From Catajapyx aquilonaris (taxonomy: Eukaryota): a stretch of DNA of 64,000 nt. The notes beneath the pieces were generated by a model. It saw only the letters and a program-made list of their open reading frames with translations, was not told the DNA's origin and did not search any database. The stretch's first letter is position 1. Every line of letters starts with the position of its first letter. The translations under genes were made by a program, and so were the position numbers. Location of the stretch: positions 1 to 64,000 of the forward strand of contig JYFJ02000877.1 in the NCBI GenBank assembly GCA_000934665.2, in the 5' to 3' direction. Positions 37,951 to 51,448 of the stretch are shown in pieces.

Positions 37951-38408
37951 AAACATTTAGCGCCTTACAAAGTGGTATAAGCCTAAAAGCGTTTTTGTTC
38001 TATTTTAGGGTAGGTTACGTCACTTGTTCCGTTCCCCAGTGAGAGTAACAATTCTTATTTTAAATTAGGAAGATAAGGGCGATATGAAAGTGTTGCATGG
38101 ACAGTTAGAACAGTTATATACTTCGCAAAATTTGGTTTATGTTATAGGCCCTCGACCGATTAGCGGTCTCGGATTATCCAAGCCTGCAGAGTAGTTTAAT
38201 TAGTAAGAAACGGGGCATAAGGGTAAGGCTATAATAATTGTTCGGAGTCTAGTACTGCCCTTGGTCGACGAGGAATATCGGCATCTTCCTCTACGCGCAG
38301 CCACAACCTCATTCATGCCATTTATTTCCATCGCGTAATTCGAGAAACCGCTGAACATTTGATCATTCACTTTCTCATTACTCACTCAGTTACACCGACG
38401 ATGTATAA

Positions 38409-39310
38409 CAAGGGGGTTCAAATATGACCGGCATTGACTTTTTTCCGAACAAATAACCCCGCCCAACAAAATAATATATTAATGACCTTGCGAAATTGAG
38501 GCCTAAACCCATCCCGTCTGTTCAGAATATGCTGCTCAGTCTTGTCTGGAATTTCCAGGAGAGATAACCGAGCTGAAAGTGCCATGGAGCGCGGAACAAC
38601 GCATTGTCATCATTTCTAGTTAGGGAAACGTCAATCCATTAGAAATTTGGCAGAGAGTGAAAAAACAGTATGGAGAAGAGTGTCTCTCTCGAACCCATGT
38701 GTTTGAGTGGTGTAAAGCCTTCAGAAAGGGAACTGAGAGAGTGGAGAACCTCAATACCCAAAAAGCCGCGAAGGACGCGCTCGGCTGGAAAAGTTATGGT
38801 GACTTTTTTTAGGGATTGGAATGAAGTTATTCATGTTGATTTGTTACCAGAAGTCAGAAGAATAGTATTCAGCCGTCATCTTAACAGAGGTGAAGAAACA
38901 AGTCTGAACCAAGAGTAAGACTGGAGGAAATCGGATAGGCTTCCTCCAAGACAAAACGAGACCCCACACCATTAAAAAAAAGTAAGGTGGGACCTCCTGC
39001 CAAACTCACCCTTTGTCCCAGATGTGACCTCAAGTGATTTATACTTGTTTGGAAGACTTACGTCGGTTACAGCCGGAGAGCGCGGTGTGAAGACAACGAT
39101 GGTGTGGTGGCAATTGTTCCAGAGTGGATAGGCCTACTCCCACAATCAAACAACATTTTTGAAAAGGGGATAAAATAGCTACCAGAACGCTGAAAAAATG
39201 TGTAGTTCCAGTGGGGAGAGTCTTGAATGGTGACACTAAAAAAAAGTCTATGTGTAATAATAAGGAATGTTCTAAAAGAAATCAATCCCGTTCATATTTG
39301 AACAAATTTG
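38409..39310 (+). mobile_element. Internally deleted mariner element with transposase pseudogene
   Basis: Diverged TIRs GTTCAAATATGACCGGCATTGA / TCAATCCCGTTCATATTTGAAC. Peptides QYGEECLSRTHVFEWCKAF, SAGKVMVTFFRDWNEVIHVDLLP, LQDKTRPH, PDVTSSDLYLF, GIK*LPER*KKCV. Confidence 0.9.
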
Positions 39311-39398
39311 TACAATGTACATACGGTTTTACGACGGAATAGTGGCATACTAACGGAAGAAGGAATACCAAGTGGACTTTCAAAGAAATCTCAATATT

Positions 39399-39746
39399 AA
39401 TAATAATAAATAATATAATAATATCCGGGGTAGTGCTGACCTCACCAGAGGTATGTAGCACGGACCTTTATTTATTTGTCGTGTACATTGGAGCCTTTAT
39501 ACGTAACGCCCGGGCCCACGGGCAGGATGACAGGAGGGGATGTGCAAGGTGCAGTGCAATGTCTTTATGTTGCCATTTTTAGTGAACTCCCCCGGGTGGT
39601 TTAGTCTGTGGAAATACCACCCGAGACGAAGCCAGAGGTGACCCTGAACTCTGCACGAGATGAAGGGGGCGTCCCCGGGTTGGGATCGAACCCGGGACCT
39701 TAACATCCGTGGCGCGTACGTTACCGCAGCACCACTTCGCCTCCCC
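39399..39746 (-). mobile_element. tRNA-derived SINE (family D)
   Basis: Head with B box GGGTTCGATCCC and an AT-rich tail. Perfect 15-bp TSD AGAAATCTCAATATT at 39384-39398 and 39747-39761. A related head fragment lies at ~50830-50892. Confidence 0.9.
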
Positions 39747-40111
39747 AGAAATCTCAATATTGTTTATTATAGACTTATGAAAAATAATTTGCAATATTGT
39801 ACTGCGCATTGAGCAATAACTGATGAATACAAGGCTGAATTCTGTAAGATGCTTAAAATGTATATTTTATATTTAAAACTGCTTGATGTTCTTTGATTGC
39901 CTTATTTAAATGCATTATTGTAATGAAGTGAATGTAATTTCCGGGTGCTATACTGATTGGCACTCTCAGCAATAGAGGTTATACGTGCGTTGCACCTGTG
40001 TAAAGTTTAATACCAATGAGAGATGAAAGTGTTAGATCATGTGATGATTCAACGCTGAAATAATGCACCGCAATTTCCAAAAGATCTTCAAAAAGTCAGG
40101 AAAATCAGGGT

Positions 40112-40209
40112 CATCATCATCATCATCATCTTCACGGCGTTTCCCAAACAGATATGTGGTTGCCAGCGGATATTGAGGAGAAGGTCTTCAATATCCTCGT
40201 ATGACCAGA
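40112..40209 (-). mobile_element. 98-bp 5'-truncated LINE/SINE 3' end with (GAT)n tail
   Basis: Perfect 12-bp TSD GAAAATCAGGGT at 40100-40111 and 40210-40221, (TCA)n at the left edge, and an internal stem GGATATTGA/TCAATATCC. Confidence 0.8.
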
Positions 40210-40562
40210 GAAAATCAGGGTGCTCCTGTCAATTACAAATATAAGACTTAGTTATACGTATCTTGTAATGCTTTAAAAGCAATTTCCATGTGAGAATATG
40301 GCGAGGTAATTTTATCTGGTACATACAGTATATGCTGCGTGCAGGGCAATGTGCGACTAGTCCTGCTGGTGAAATTTTCCTCCTAGAATGTACTGTACAA
40401 AGGCCTATATTATAGTGAACTGCACTAAACTGTGCAGTGCACAATTTGTTGGTTGGCGTAATATACCTGCAGGAGAGAGAAGAGGCGTTATGCTCTCTCC
40501 CTCTCCAACAGTTATAGCAATTTTGACGTGAATACACATTTAAACACTGTACCAGTTGGGGC

Positions 40563-41180
40563 CTGGGGCTCATGCACGAAAAGTCGAGCGTGACAAAAAT
40601 GGGTGATGATGTTTTTCGTCTTATAATTCCAAAACTAAAAACAACATCTAAACGATTCATATAGTATAGCGTTGACTAGACCAAGGATGTCCGTACATGA
40701 CCTTCGGACCGAGCGTTCAACGTCAAGGGGCGCGTGTATATCAGAAAAAAATGACCCAAATCTACGGTTCGCTGCGGACTTCGGGCCGGTGTAACTTCGT
40801 ATTGCGTCGACTGAGGACTGCGAAACTGGTGTCATTCGAAAGCTGACGAACTACGCTACAATTCCTATTGGCCCACAATCATCGTGAACGACTAGTACCT
40901 TGTGAAAAACTGGTGAAAAGTGAAAAACTCATGTCGTCGAAACTGCATGCGAAAGCTCAACAGAAATACGCCAAACGCATGCGAGACGAAAGACCACCTC
41001 GCAAGGAATAAAAGGAGCCCAACAAGTCAAATGGAGAACGACAGAGAGAGTACAGACAACGAAAGGATGCTAAAAGACAGACAGTACATGGAGGATTGCT
41101 TAGAAAAGAATCATCGTAACGGTAACGAAATATTATCACCAATCATTTCTGTAACGGTCAACTTTTCGTGCATGCCCCAG
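40563..41180. mobile_element. MITE / non-autonomous DNA transposon
   Basis: CTGGGGCTCATGCACGAAAAGTCGAGCGTGACAAAAATG versus CATTTCTGTAACGGTCAACTTTTCGTGCATGCCCCAG. Confidence 0.75.
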
Positions 41181-41770
41181 TACTGTTGCGATTTTAAAGA
41201 CGTATTCACTGTCAAAAACACGCGGCTTGTGTCCCCGACACAACCTAATCCATTTTTTTCACTCCATTTTTTTCATTTTAGACCTTTGATTTTGTATATA
41301 GCATCATGGAATCACCAAAAACCAAGCCCCTTCCCCTTCTGATGCCTAGATAAAATGTCCTAATATGACAGTCGATGCCCAATATTTGCCTCATTATTGT
41401 TAGCCTGACAAATAAATGGAACAGCAAATCCTGTAACTGCTTTTCTGTCATACATACAAGCCCATTAATTAGTGGGAGTCACTCACTCATCAGGTACAGG
41501 ATGATCAGTAACTCTCGCATCCACCATGGGTGATATCTATAGGGTTATTTTAAGAGCAAAGAAGAAACAAGGCCTCACGTGTCTGTTGCATCTCGTATAG
41601 TCCCAGAGCGGCCGAGTTGGGGAAATTGCTAGAAAAACTAAAAGAGGTTGTATACTCATTTTCCTCGTCCTTCTAGAGAATGTAAGCCTGGGCATCAAAA
41701 TTTTCTACTCCAGGGTAGTGCCCTTGTGTGCCTGTGGAGTTTGTCAAGCTCAGCAGATATTGGTCGTAAA

Positions 41771-41904
41771 GTCCCTGTAGCTCAGTGGCAGAGCGCACGT
41801 CTCCTGACGAATTTTCCCTGCCCTTCCCTCCCTCCTCCCCACCACCTTTTGTTGTTTGCCCACAAGGACGGGCGTGGTCCCAGGTTCGATTCCTGGCAGG
41901 GGCC
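41771..41904 (+). tRNA. tRNA-like gene or pseudogene, anticodon CCT, 64-nt insert at the canonical intron position
   Basis: Acceptor GTCCCTG/CAGGGGC, D arm GCTC-AGTGGCA-GAGC, anticodon stem CACGT/GCGTG with CT-CCT-G, T arm CCAGG-TTCGATT-CCTGG. Insert at ~41807-41870. The variable region is only 3 nt. Confidence 0.65.
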
Positions 41905-43069
41905 GGACTGTGACTAGTTTCTGCTCTACACATAAATTGGTGTCACCATACAACCTAACATGCACCATTCGGCTTGGAGTGCGTTTGGAGTAGTATAAAC
42001 CTCTCCCCTGAGAATAGTTTCCCTTCGGTGTCAGCTACCCCCACCACCATTTTGGACTTGATTCAAAGTGATAACCAGTATAGGGCTCCGATTGAGTTTC
42101 GCAGCAAGAACTATATACTCACCGTAAGTTGGCTGTTATTTTAGAAGTGTGCCGCGCGGGCGGTCTCAGCCCTCAGGAAATATATATGAAAAAGGGGGAC
42201 AGGTTGGAAGGGAGAGAAACTCGGTTATTTATCAGGCTACTGAAAGGGAGTTTCCGTGTTTTCGTGCCGCCATGGATCACTTGGTTTACCACAAAAGACG
42301 CTGTCAAAAATGGTAATGAGCAGAGACCTGACTCGCGCACACCGGATGACCCAAAAGTTTCATCCCAGCCAGCTCCGTTGTCAAGCTGTGCGGGTGCCTG
42401 TACTCAAATATTCTCTTATTCCCTGGACGCTCTAAATTATTTAGATCCTTGTAATTCCGCTGTAATACCGCACGTTTTAGTGCAGAGCCTGCCTGGTTCA
42501 CTGCTGAAAATCTGAGATGAAAATGCTGGAACTTGCTAGAAATCCTGTTGAATCCTGAGAAACACAATATACAATGTTTCTGCATCAGAAACTGATATGA
42601 ATTACGATGCCATGTAAGTAGCCTTGTCCCATTGTCATGTCAATGACGAGGTTGCACATTTTTGTAACAGAGCTCATACATTAGGCCCTGCATTGTCTGG
42701 AAGACCGAATCAGATACCGTATGTAAAAATCAGTCACCACTCCTATATGTTAATTGTGCAAAAGAAACTACTTCCACAGACGACTGCAGTCACACTAGTC
42801 CACAAGGGGATGATGCGCGGAAGAAAGGAGTAATCAACGAGTCGGCCGGCTGGTTATACAGCGACAGTTACTATATACTCGAGTGGTCCGAGGCATTTTT
42901 TGGCCGGACGGGGTGCTTGGGGCAATACCCAACCCCCGTCCCTGGGTTACCCGGTATTGCAGTACAGTCGGGGCCAGCCTGACAAGCACCATAGCAATCT
43001 GACAAGTACTTTGGCTAATCCTGTATAATGATATCAAACCTGAAATGAACCTTGGTTTGCTCCTGTGAT

Positions 43070-44010
43070 GAGAGCGTCGATGGATGCTCGAGGCGCTTCG
43101 GATATGATGACGCAAACGGGGAAATGTGGGTGGGAGGCAACTTGCACGCACATATCCAAGTATTCATGTTGCCCGCTAGAGGGTACATGTATCGCGGCCC
43201 AACGGCTCAAAATTTCTTGGCCGCAAGAAATCTGCACGCGCACATTGCCCGAGGAGAGTGCATGCGCTGTGCCGTCCTGGGTGGGTGGGAAGGCAATAAG
43301 TTGTTCCCAAATTGTCCCATTTGCGGCGGGCCTTACTTTATGAGAAGCCGTAGTAGAAAAGATATTGAGAATGTCCTTCGCTACATATTGGAGAAAATAC
43401 CTGAAGGATTCCGACTTACGCACTCCGACATACTGCGCCATATCTCGACATGGTGCGGTCACCCAAAACCCCCGAGATAATTACGTAGATTATATCCAAC
43501 ACAAATGGCTCCAGGACCTAGAACAAGTGTTGTGATTTCGGAACATCGCATGCAGTATGTAATAAATGATGGCTCCGAGTTACGCAAAAATCGACTTACG
43601 CCATGGTTGCAGAACGATCAACTTACGTAAGTTGAGGACTTTTGTGAAGATTTCTCGTTTTGAAGTTTGCATGGGATGAAGCCATCAGAGTGTGATATTT
43701 GCATTTCTCACTGCACAACATGGCGATGCGCACACACACTTCCTCACTTAACGATAAACTGAGACTTTCCGACACCGGTCCGCTTTGGGAAGTCGCAGTT
43801 GAACGCATTTGCTGACGTATCAAAAGTCTGGGCTTGGTGCAAGTTTTATCTGGGCTTTGCCAAACAAAGTCGTCTCTTTGTTCTGGATCACTTCTCGTGA
43901 GAGCACGAGGAGCAGAAATCATTTTACTCACTTTTTTTCTTGCCTGCTGATTCGCTTCGCTGAAAGCTTATCTTCCGAGCATGAAATGGAAAGTGTATTC
44001 AGACTGGGAC
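43070..44010 (+). mobile_element. Decayed MULE (Mutator-like) transposase with SWIM-like tail
   Basis: Across frames: EATCTHISKYSCCPL (DAT...KY..PL), LFPNCPI, DILRHIS, YVDYIQHKWL, HRMQYVINDGSE (TNNG.E), ISHC, RNHFTHFF...ESLSSE...FRLG. May extend to ~44770. Confidence 0.5.
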
Positions 44011-46305
44011 TCTTGTTTACTTCGGGATTGTCAGGAGGGAGTCAAAATGCGACGCACACAGGAATGACCAGCCACTCGAGTGTTCCTAGGTGTTCGTTTG
44101 GCTGATGAGTGTAAGTCTTGGATCACTGATGTAACGAATATAAAGTCACTATTGAGGGCTGGGGTTTAGTTTCTTATTGTATCGATACACTGCAGTGGAC
44201 ACCTCAAATTCCCCAAACTATGGGGTGGGGTAAAATATGATGAATTATTTACTCCTGTCGCGCCTGCGCATATTCACTGGTAAATATCTCCATGACGCGA
44301 CGTACGCGCGATACTGGAGAGAATAAATAATTCATCGCAATCTACCCTGCCCCATTGTTGGAGGTGCCAACTTTGACAGCGCAGTGTGATTCTGGGCGTC
44401 AGAATAATATTTATGTAAGAGGTCCGCTTGTTGTGCTTATAAAATAGCGCTTGTTGTTGAAATATTGAAAACAAGTGGCCTTTTTTAGTGCCTGAGTTCT
44501 TCTTACTTGACTTTTATGAATGCTGCTGCTGATATCCTCAGGTCGACCATTCCAGTCCTCTGCGGAGATCCGGATACAGATGAACTGTCTAGCGGAAATG
44601 ACGCGAATGTGGCCTGGATAAGTGGATGTTGCATGGTACAAGGAGAAGCGGCGAAAAGCTTTCGGGGAAAGATTTATTTGCTTCTGGAAATAGATACAGG
44701 AGGGATTCACTCAAGAAGCTTCAGAAGCCGTAAACGCGCTGTGCCACTGAGACACCATGGACGCCGCCGTTCAAATCTGAGATCACTTTCTATTCTTTGT
44801 TTTCATCAGTTTCTTTTCTCTGTTTTTATCGAGGAGAGGTGGTTGCCCGAAAAGGATTTCCTGAGGTTTCTGTGTATATGCACTTAAAAGTACTGCATGC
44901 GATGGTGCAGTTGAAGAACTAAAGAACAACTGCTTGTGTATACTTGGGGAACGGGAAATTATTGAGATTTTGTGTGTGGTTTATTGACTACAACCAATAA
45001 GTATCAGTAGTCTACATTTTAGACGTTGCACTATTCAGAGGAGAACTTTGGCTATGATACTTCTGTTTCAGACCTGCCATAATAGCTCTGGTATTATAAA
45101 TGGATCTGGGTCCTATAAATGAGGGTTTTGATTAAATAACAGTATATGATGGACAGGCTGTTTTATATCCAGGTGACCTGTAAATAATGAAAAATGAATA
45201 TTCCGAAGGCATTCCCTATGCAGCAGCCTTGAAACTAAAGTGTATCCGAAATTGATATTAGGCAATCGTGGGTGTGATTATGATGTATTATTTTAAAAGT
45301 ATAGTTGTAGTGTACTTGTTAAGACGTGTAAGTCGAGTATCAGAAGCATACGGTATCTCTAAAATGCTGAAAGCGAAGGTAATATTTAGTGTCATTCGCC
45401 CCTTTAATTATAGTCAGAAAAGGCCTGATGAGCGAACGTATGGGACCTACATAATATAAGCGGACGAAGTATATAAACCGATTATGTGGCCTTTATAAGC
45501 CCTAATGTTCGAAGTATAAAGCAGCCTTTACGTGTCATTCAATCTTTGCGTGAAATCTGGTGATTCCGAGCAGTGTCGTATACTAAACTCATTTTGGCTG
45601 TCCATAGCCCCTCAGTACTGCATCATGGGTCACAAAGTTCCTAAGACAACAAAATAAACAAATGCACATTAACGACTTGTAACTTTTTAGGCAGTGTCAC
45701 AGTACACAAAGGAATTTGATTATTTTTTCAAATTGATAAAATATGAGATGATATTAATAAGTCACACTCTGCATTTTTTTTAAACGGATGATGTTGTATT
45801 CAACTGGAGAATAGATTGGTAGTACACATCACAACCTTTTTCTCAACATTTGGTTCCAAATACACTTGTTCCGTGGTAGGATCGGTTTTGGGATCCCATT
45901 CCATTGTAAAAGTTTGTTTCCTGCGCATTTAAAAAACTGGCCATGGGCTTGGGGCGTTGTTGCAAAACTTTCCAGACAAAAGGCACGAGCTTCTCTGCGA
46001 GGTCCATCTTCTATAACGTTGAAGTATAGTGAGAAGCTGCCCCCCTTTAGAATATCTGAGTCCTGCTGTATCCTCCGGCGTTATGCAGTGTGCGCCTACT
46101 TGCTATCTGGTGGGCGGATTATTATAATAGACGAAGCAGAACAAAACGGTTCTAGTCAACGCTTTTAGTAAATCAGCATGAGTTATTTCAGCACTCATCA
46201 TCATTTTCAGTTCCTTAATAATTCCGGCACTTTAATAGTTGGAATAGTATCTTAACTCATTTTTGAGGACTTGATAGAAACTCTCGCCATATAGAAAGGA
46301 TCAAT

Positions 46306-47570
46306 TCCAGGATGCCTTTTGCGGTGTACCACGGTCATTTCTGTTGGAAGTTCCAAGTGGAGTATATTAGGTGAAAAAGTGACACTGAGTTTTTAAATAC
46401 GGTATCTGTTCTCTGAGCAGTGAAGATTTAGCCTTGATAGTTGATAATTTGCAATTTTTTCCCATTTCAAATGGCCACGAAAGGCACTAGGGACCTGCCA
46501 GAATTTTAACTCGAATTTTTATGACAATGGCAGGTGAAATTTTTTGAGCTGCATATTGTTCACCTGAACTGATACTGATATTGATTAGGTGCAGTTTAAA
46601 GGCATGCTACTTCCTCAGTAATTAGCAAGTGAGAAATAAAAGTACTGGACAATATACCTTACCTTATTGACTTTCGAATTGGCCTATTGCATGACATTCA
46701 TCTATGTGTGGGTGCTCCGAAAAATAATTAAAATATGCACGTGGTGCACAGTGCCGCACTTGCCCCGCGATATGTGGTAAATGCGTCTTTGGGATTATCT
46801 CAGAGTAATAAACATCGCTTGGGTCAGAGGACTAACTGGCACAAAGACACAAACTTCCTCTGTCAGTCTGTATATTCAGAATAATAATTTAAAAACGAAA
46901 CAAGTTCTTACAGGGCAAACTTTTATTCCCTGCTTCGCAACAGGTCAGCTAACAGTACTGGCATCTGATTAAAATGTATTATGCGAAAGTGTTTTCATAC
47001 CAATGATCGAAATTAGCCAGTCGCCAGTCGCCAGTCGCGGAATATCTATTGGTGACCACAAAAAGATGCCTTGTCACCTCTTTTGTCGACGGCTAGCTTT
47101 ATTCCCCCAAAATTGCATTTCGATCCATATACCCTTATTAATTGGGTACGCACCTGCCACCTTGTGCCATATATTGGAAGAAAATACGCACGTGCCCCAA
47201 TTTACCCTATAATAAAGTAAATGCTGGTTGAACAATGTGACAACATATCCAATGGGGTATTACAGTGGGTAATCAAGCTTGCTCGCATTTTTAATTTAAT
47301 AAAAATTATTGTTGGCGAGCAGTAAGTAATTGGAAAAATGGCCAGTATCTGCCATTGTCATACAAATGGAAATAAACATTCTGGCATATTCATTGTGCCT
47401 TTCGTGGCCATTTGAAATGCGAAAAAATTTGCAAACTTGCAACTCTCAAGTCCAGGTTTTCACTATTCAGAGAACATACAAAAAAATGAGTTTCACTTTT
47501 TTATAAATAATATTAACTATTAGGAACAACTTCTAACAGGATCGTGGTACACTGAAAAATCCATCCTGGA
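46306..47570. mobile_element. Non-autonomous DNA transposon with ~230-bp diverged TIRs
   Basis: For example CATTTCAAATGGCCACGAAAGGCAC versus GTGCCTTTCGTGGCCATTTGAAATG, GTGTACCACG versus CGTGGTACAC, and TATGACAATGGCAG versus CTGCCATTGTCATA. Confidence 0.8.
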
Positions 47571-48659
47571 GAAGGGGTCCTTTATTAATCATTCTCAGAG
47601 CATTGGTGTTCCACTCGTCTGTCCTCGTGTGCAGAAGTCCTGGTACAGTGCATACATTACATACAGTATAATATAGACTCCTAGCCCTGCATATGTAAAG
47701 GTAGGGTACTGCTTTGTTATTGATCTTGGCAACGTGAGTTTTTCTGCCCAAATGAATCCCAGTGCTGGGCCTTACTGGTAGCCAAAGGGCAAGGCCCGCA
47801 TCAGGGTTCGATATGACTGTTGTCATGGGAGGAGTAAATAATTCAAGTGGTTCCTGTACGGGCGAAGAACTCGACAGGAGAAAGTGTGTGGGGACGAAAG
47901 TATAATAAAATATTCTCGATTCGGGAGAATGGAAGCTGTACAAGACTTTGGCCAAGTTACACATTGCGTAACTTTTAAATAATAGTTGAGTGGGGAAGAC
48001 CCGGCCAATATGGCCTTGCACCCCAACAGAAGCGTAACTGTCAAGTTGTGCAGCAGTACACGGATTCGTTGTTTGTTTTGGTGCATGGTTTGGTTTCCTT
48101 GTACTCTGTGATTGTTATACTATACAGAAGTCTACTTGAATTCTTTTATTGATCTGCAACTCACTGGGGAGCTTTTCGGTTACACAACGTTCATTTATTA
48201 TTTTAATACTGGTAGAAGCTTTCGTAACACTTGTGACAAAGTGTCGTAACTTTTTACAATATATTACATGGAGGTATAATCAGCTATCATTATCATAATA
48301 ATGGGTCTGTTTTAGTACAATAATCAAACCATAATAGCAAGGAAATAAGAGGGATATGATAATCAAGTAATTTATATGAGTATCAAACACTTTAAATCGC
48401 TAAGTTTTTGTTTATCTGTTATAAGAGCAGAACAATTATTTATTTCCACATGACCGGCTTAGGATTCCCTCCAATGGTAATCAAACATGATATCTATTAC
48501 TGCAGGATGGATTGTGTAGCTGAGTAGTGTACACGGTACATGGCAGCATAAATCGAGTCGTGTTTATTTTGTTGCCTTTTACCGGATTACTGTTTTGTTA
48601 TGCAATCAGTGATGTGGCGCTTCCCCTCCTGTAATGGGATTTTCCCCGAGGAGAAAAAT

Positions 48660-48660
<1 letters not shown>

Positions 48661-48727
<67 letters not shown>
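48661..48727. repeat. (TAT)n microsatellite, probably a retroposon tail
   Basis: Perfect run preceded by a GC-rich stem-loop-like stub (CTCCT...GGGA...TCCCC.AGGAG). Confidence 0.9.
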
Positions 48728-48729
<2 letters not shown>

Positions 48730-50684
48730 ATCAGGGAAAACATCAGATATTTGCATAGATGTATCAAAGCACATAGGTCTGGGAGAGATGGGTCGAGCAC
48801 TTGACTGACAAAGTTCTATAGTTTCCATGGCATCAAAGCAGAAGAAATTACTTTACGCTATAGTCTCTCTGGACTCACCTTCAAAGGTGTGGAATTATAC
48901 ATACAGGTAGAAATCTCATTAGATGAGCTTCAATAAGAAAATCAGGTGACTACCTAATTAAGAAGTATCCTCTACTTTGATTTTTTTCTCTCTAAAGAAG
49001 CTGGTGTGTTTTTAGCCAGCACAGTTGCCTTGGTGTGTTTATGGTTCTTTCTTCTCTGACGCATGGTAGTGCAGGTTGTTCGGGCTAAATTATGGCTGAT
49101 GTTTCCGGCATGGTTTTGGATGACGCATTCTGGCTTTCAGTCACTTTTTTTCTCCCATCCGGAAACGTAATTAGAATTAACATGACAGGCGAAATGCAGT
49201 AATGGCTGGTTGGGAAACCTAGTATATTTTTGTTACGCACATCTGCAGTGGCGTAATATATTGTTAATTGCTTTTAATTGGCTGAAAAATGTGCTGTGCA
49301 CTCTGTTTTCGGTAATGGAATAAAACTATTAGCGACCATGTCGTTGGACTATTGTAGTTGGTATTTGTGTCAACATTACGACGGTTGAACTCTCCATCCG
49401 CAGTTGGAATGTGGTCCATATTGTTATCTCGAAATATTATTTTTTTGAGGATCACTAAAGTTGGGCCCTTCGAAGGAGGGCTTTGCTGAGGTGTAGTTTG
49501 TTGGTGAGGGAATGAACTGATACACTCTCAGGTGAGCTTGGCTGATATATTTTGGCTTGGTGGGAGGGGGGGGGGGGACGCTAGATATGATGTGTCGTAA
49601 ATCTCCTGTCCTCGTCGTCGGAGCCACTTTTTTGATCCTTTTGCCACCCTTTGACGTTAACCTGACCCACTGGGGTGTGATTGATGCACGTGACTTGGCC
49701 ATCTCCGCCCTTTGATCACTCCTCCATTTCGCTTGGATGCGTCTGCTAGACGAGTAGAACACAGTCACAGTATAGGCTTGCTTCCTATCTCTCCCTTCCT
49801 GTATCCATCTCTCAAAAAACTAGTAATACAGTATATATGGCTGTTATGCCATGATGAAAGGATGAAATTGTACATGCTTTTGGATTAGTAAATAGGGATA
49901 TACAGACATGGAGATGGATCGGATTGTGCAGGCTGGTCGGCGTGTAAGTAACAGGGTGCAGCCGATAATAAGTGCCAATATTCAAGGATAGTATTGATTT
50001 TTTTATGGTCCAGGCTGTGAAAATTCGGGGGGCCCCCTTGTGTCGATCCCCAGAATTTTCTCACGCCAGCGATACTGCAAAAGCAATACATTTCGCTAAA
50101 AAAATATCGGATCACATCTGCGCGAGGGAAAATGCAGCGTGATGGCTGTCGCTCCCAGCTAAATTGCGAGATAGAGTGATATCAGACTACCGTCTCTGTC
50201 GCTTTTCATTATTTTGGCTATAATTGATTTCCCGTTAGTGCTAGCAGAATGCTACTCAAATTGCCAACGTATGCCACATGTGATTCCAACCCGGTATGTG
50301 ACGAGCACAGGAATATGATAGACAGGTTGACAGAATTGCCGTGGCAAATTGATCCCTCCACAGTTTGCTTAAGTTGACGGAGTGATATCTTAATCGGTGC
50401 AGCTGAATCAAGTGGTGTGATATTAAATGGAGTTTCGATCATTTCCTTCAATTTTTTTATTGCCGGCATTTTGGGGAAAGTCAGTTGAATAGTCATTATG
50501 TTCTCTATTTGAGTTTCCTCATATGGATGATAGTGGCAGCCTTTTCAGGAATATATTTTAATTTATTATGCATATTTTATTCCGTGCGGATTGTACCAAG
50601 GATTGTTGTATTGGAAGTAAGAAGGAGCCCGTCTTACAATTTGTACAGTAATTCGTTTGGGGGAGGGAAGCTTGGGAGATTGTA

Positions 50685-50694
50685 TAATAATAAT

Positions 50695-50755
<61 letters not shown>

Positions 50756-50756
50756 T
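50685..50756. repeat. (AAT)n microsatellite
   Basis: Near-perfect run with one interruption. Confidence 0.95.
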
Positions 50757-51322
50757 TGAGTATTGATGGCCACTAATGACATATTGTACGGCCCATTATT
50801 ACTTGGTCATGTTCGATTGGTACCTTTTAGCTTGGGATCGAACCAGGGACCGCCCCTCCATCTGTGGAAGCGTACGTTGCGCTAGGCCTCCCAGCGTAAT
50901 TATCTGCATAAAAATACTGAAAGGCCACGAGGTCGAATTTTACATTATTCCTAAAAACAATAACGTGCAAGCGGGATTTTTAGTGGATTAATTTGTTTAC
51001 TATGGATGATGCCATCAACGCCTATAGCACTTTAAAAAACCTTGGGAATGAAATGATGCCCGTGACATTTTCCCTCTCTTTGAGGTCACGTTTATCACAA
51101 AATCGATCGAAATTGTCAGTGAAGTGCGCTAGATGCGAAAAAGTTGCTTTTTAAAACTACAAAATAATAGTGATGTGCTACATATCCCGGATGGCAGGCC
51201 TGGAGTTCAGAAAGGCCTGTTTGTGAAAAATGTGGTGGAAAATGGATGTATGACGCGTGGGAAATATGCATATGCTGTATTTTGTCATTAGAGGGAGTAT
51301 TGTTTAAATTTAAAGTGACTCA

Positions 51323-51448
51323 GGGCCGTTTGTATAAACGTAAATTAGGTAAAATCTCCTAATATGTATATAGGTATTCACAATACATATTCTAACATAA
51401 TAATCGGAGAATATATTCCTCTTCAATTTGCGTTCATACAACTGGCTA
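51323..51448. mobile_element. Small degenerate hairpin MITE
   Basis: GGCCGTTTGTATAAACGTAAATT versus AATTTGCGTTCATACAACTGGC. Confidence 0.45.

Larger units (their letters stand above)
45900..49770 (-). mobile_element. Decayed Ty3/Gypsy pol split by a 1.3-kb MITE
   Basis: RT: KYISQAHLRVYQFIP...KPSFEGP and PTADGEF...NSPTTW. RT/RNaseH linker: FDAM...RPMCFDTS. HHCC: GHIGR...KSYAMCNLAK. Weak integrase-core continuation at 46160-45900. Confidence 0.55.
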
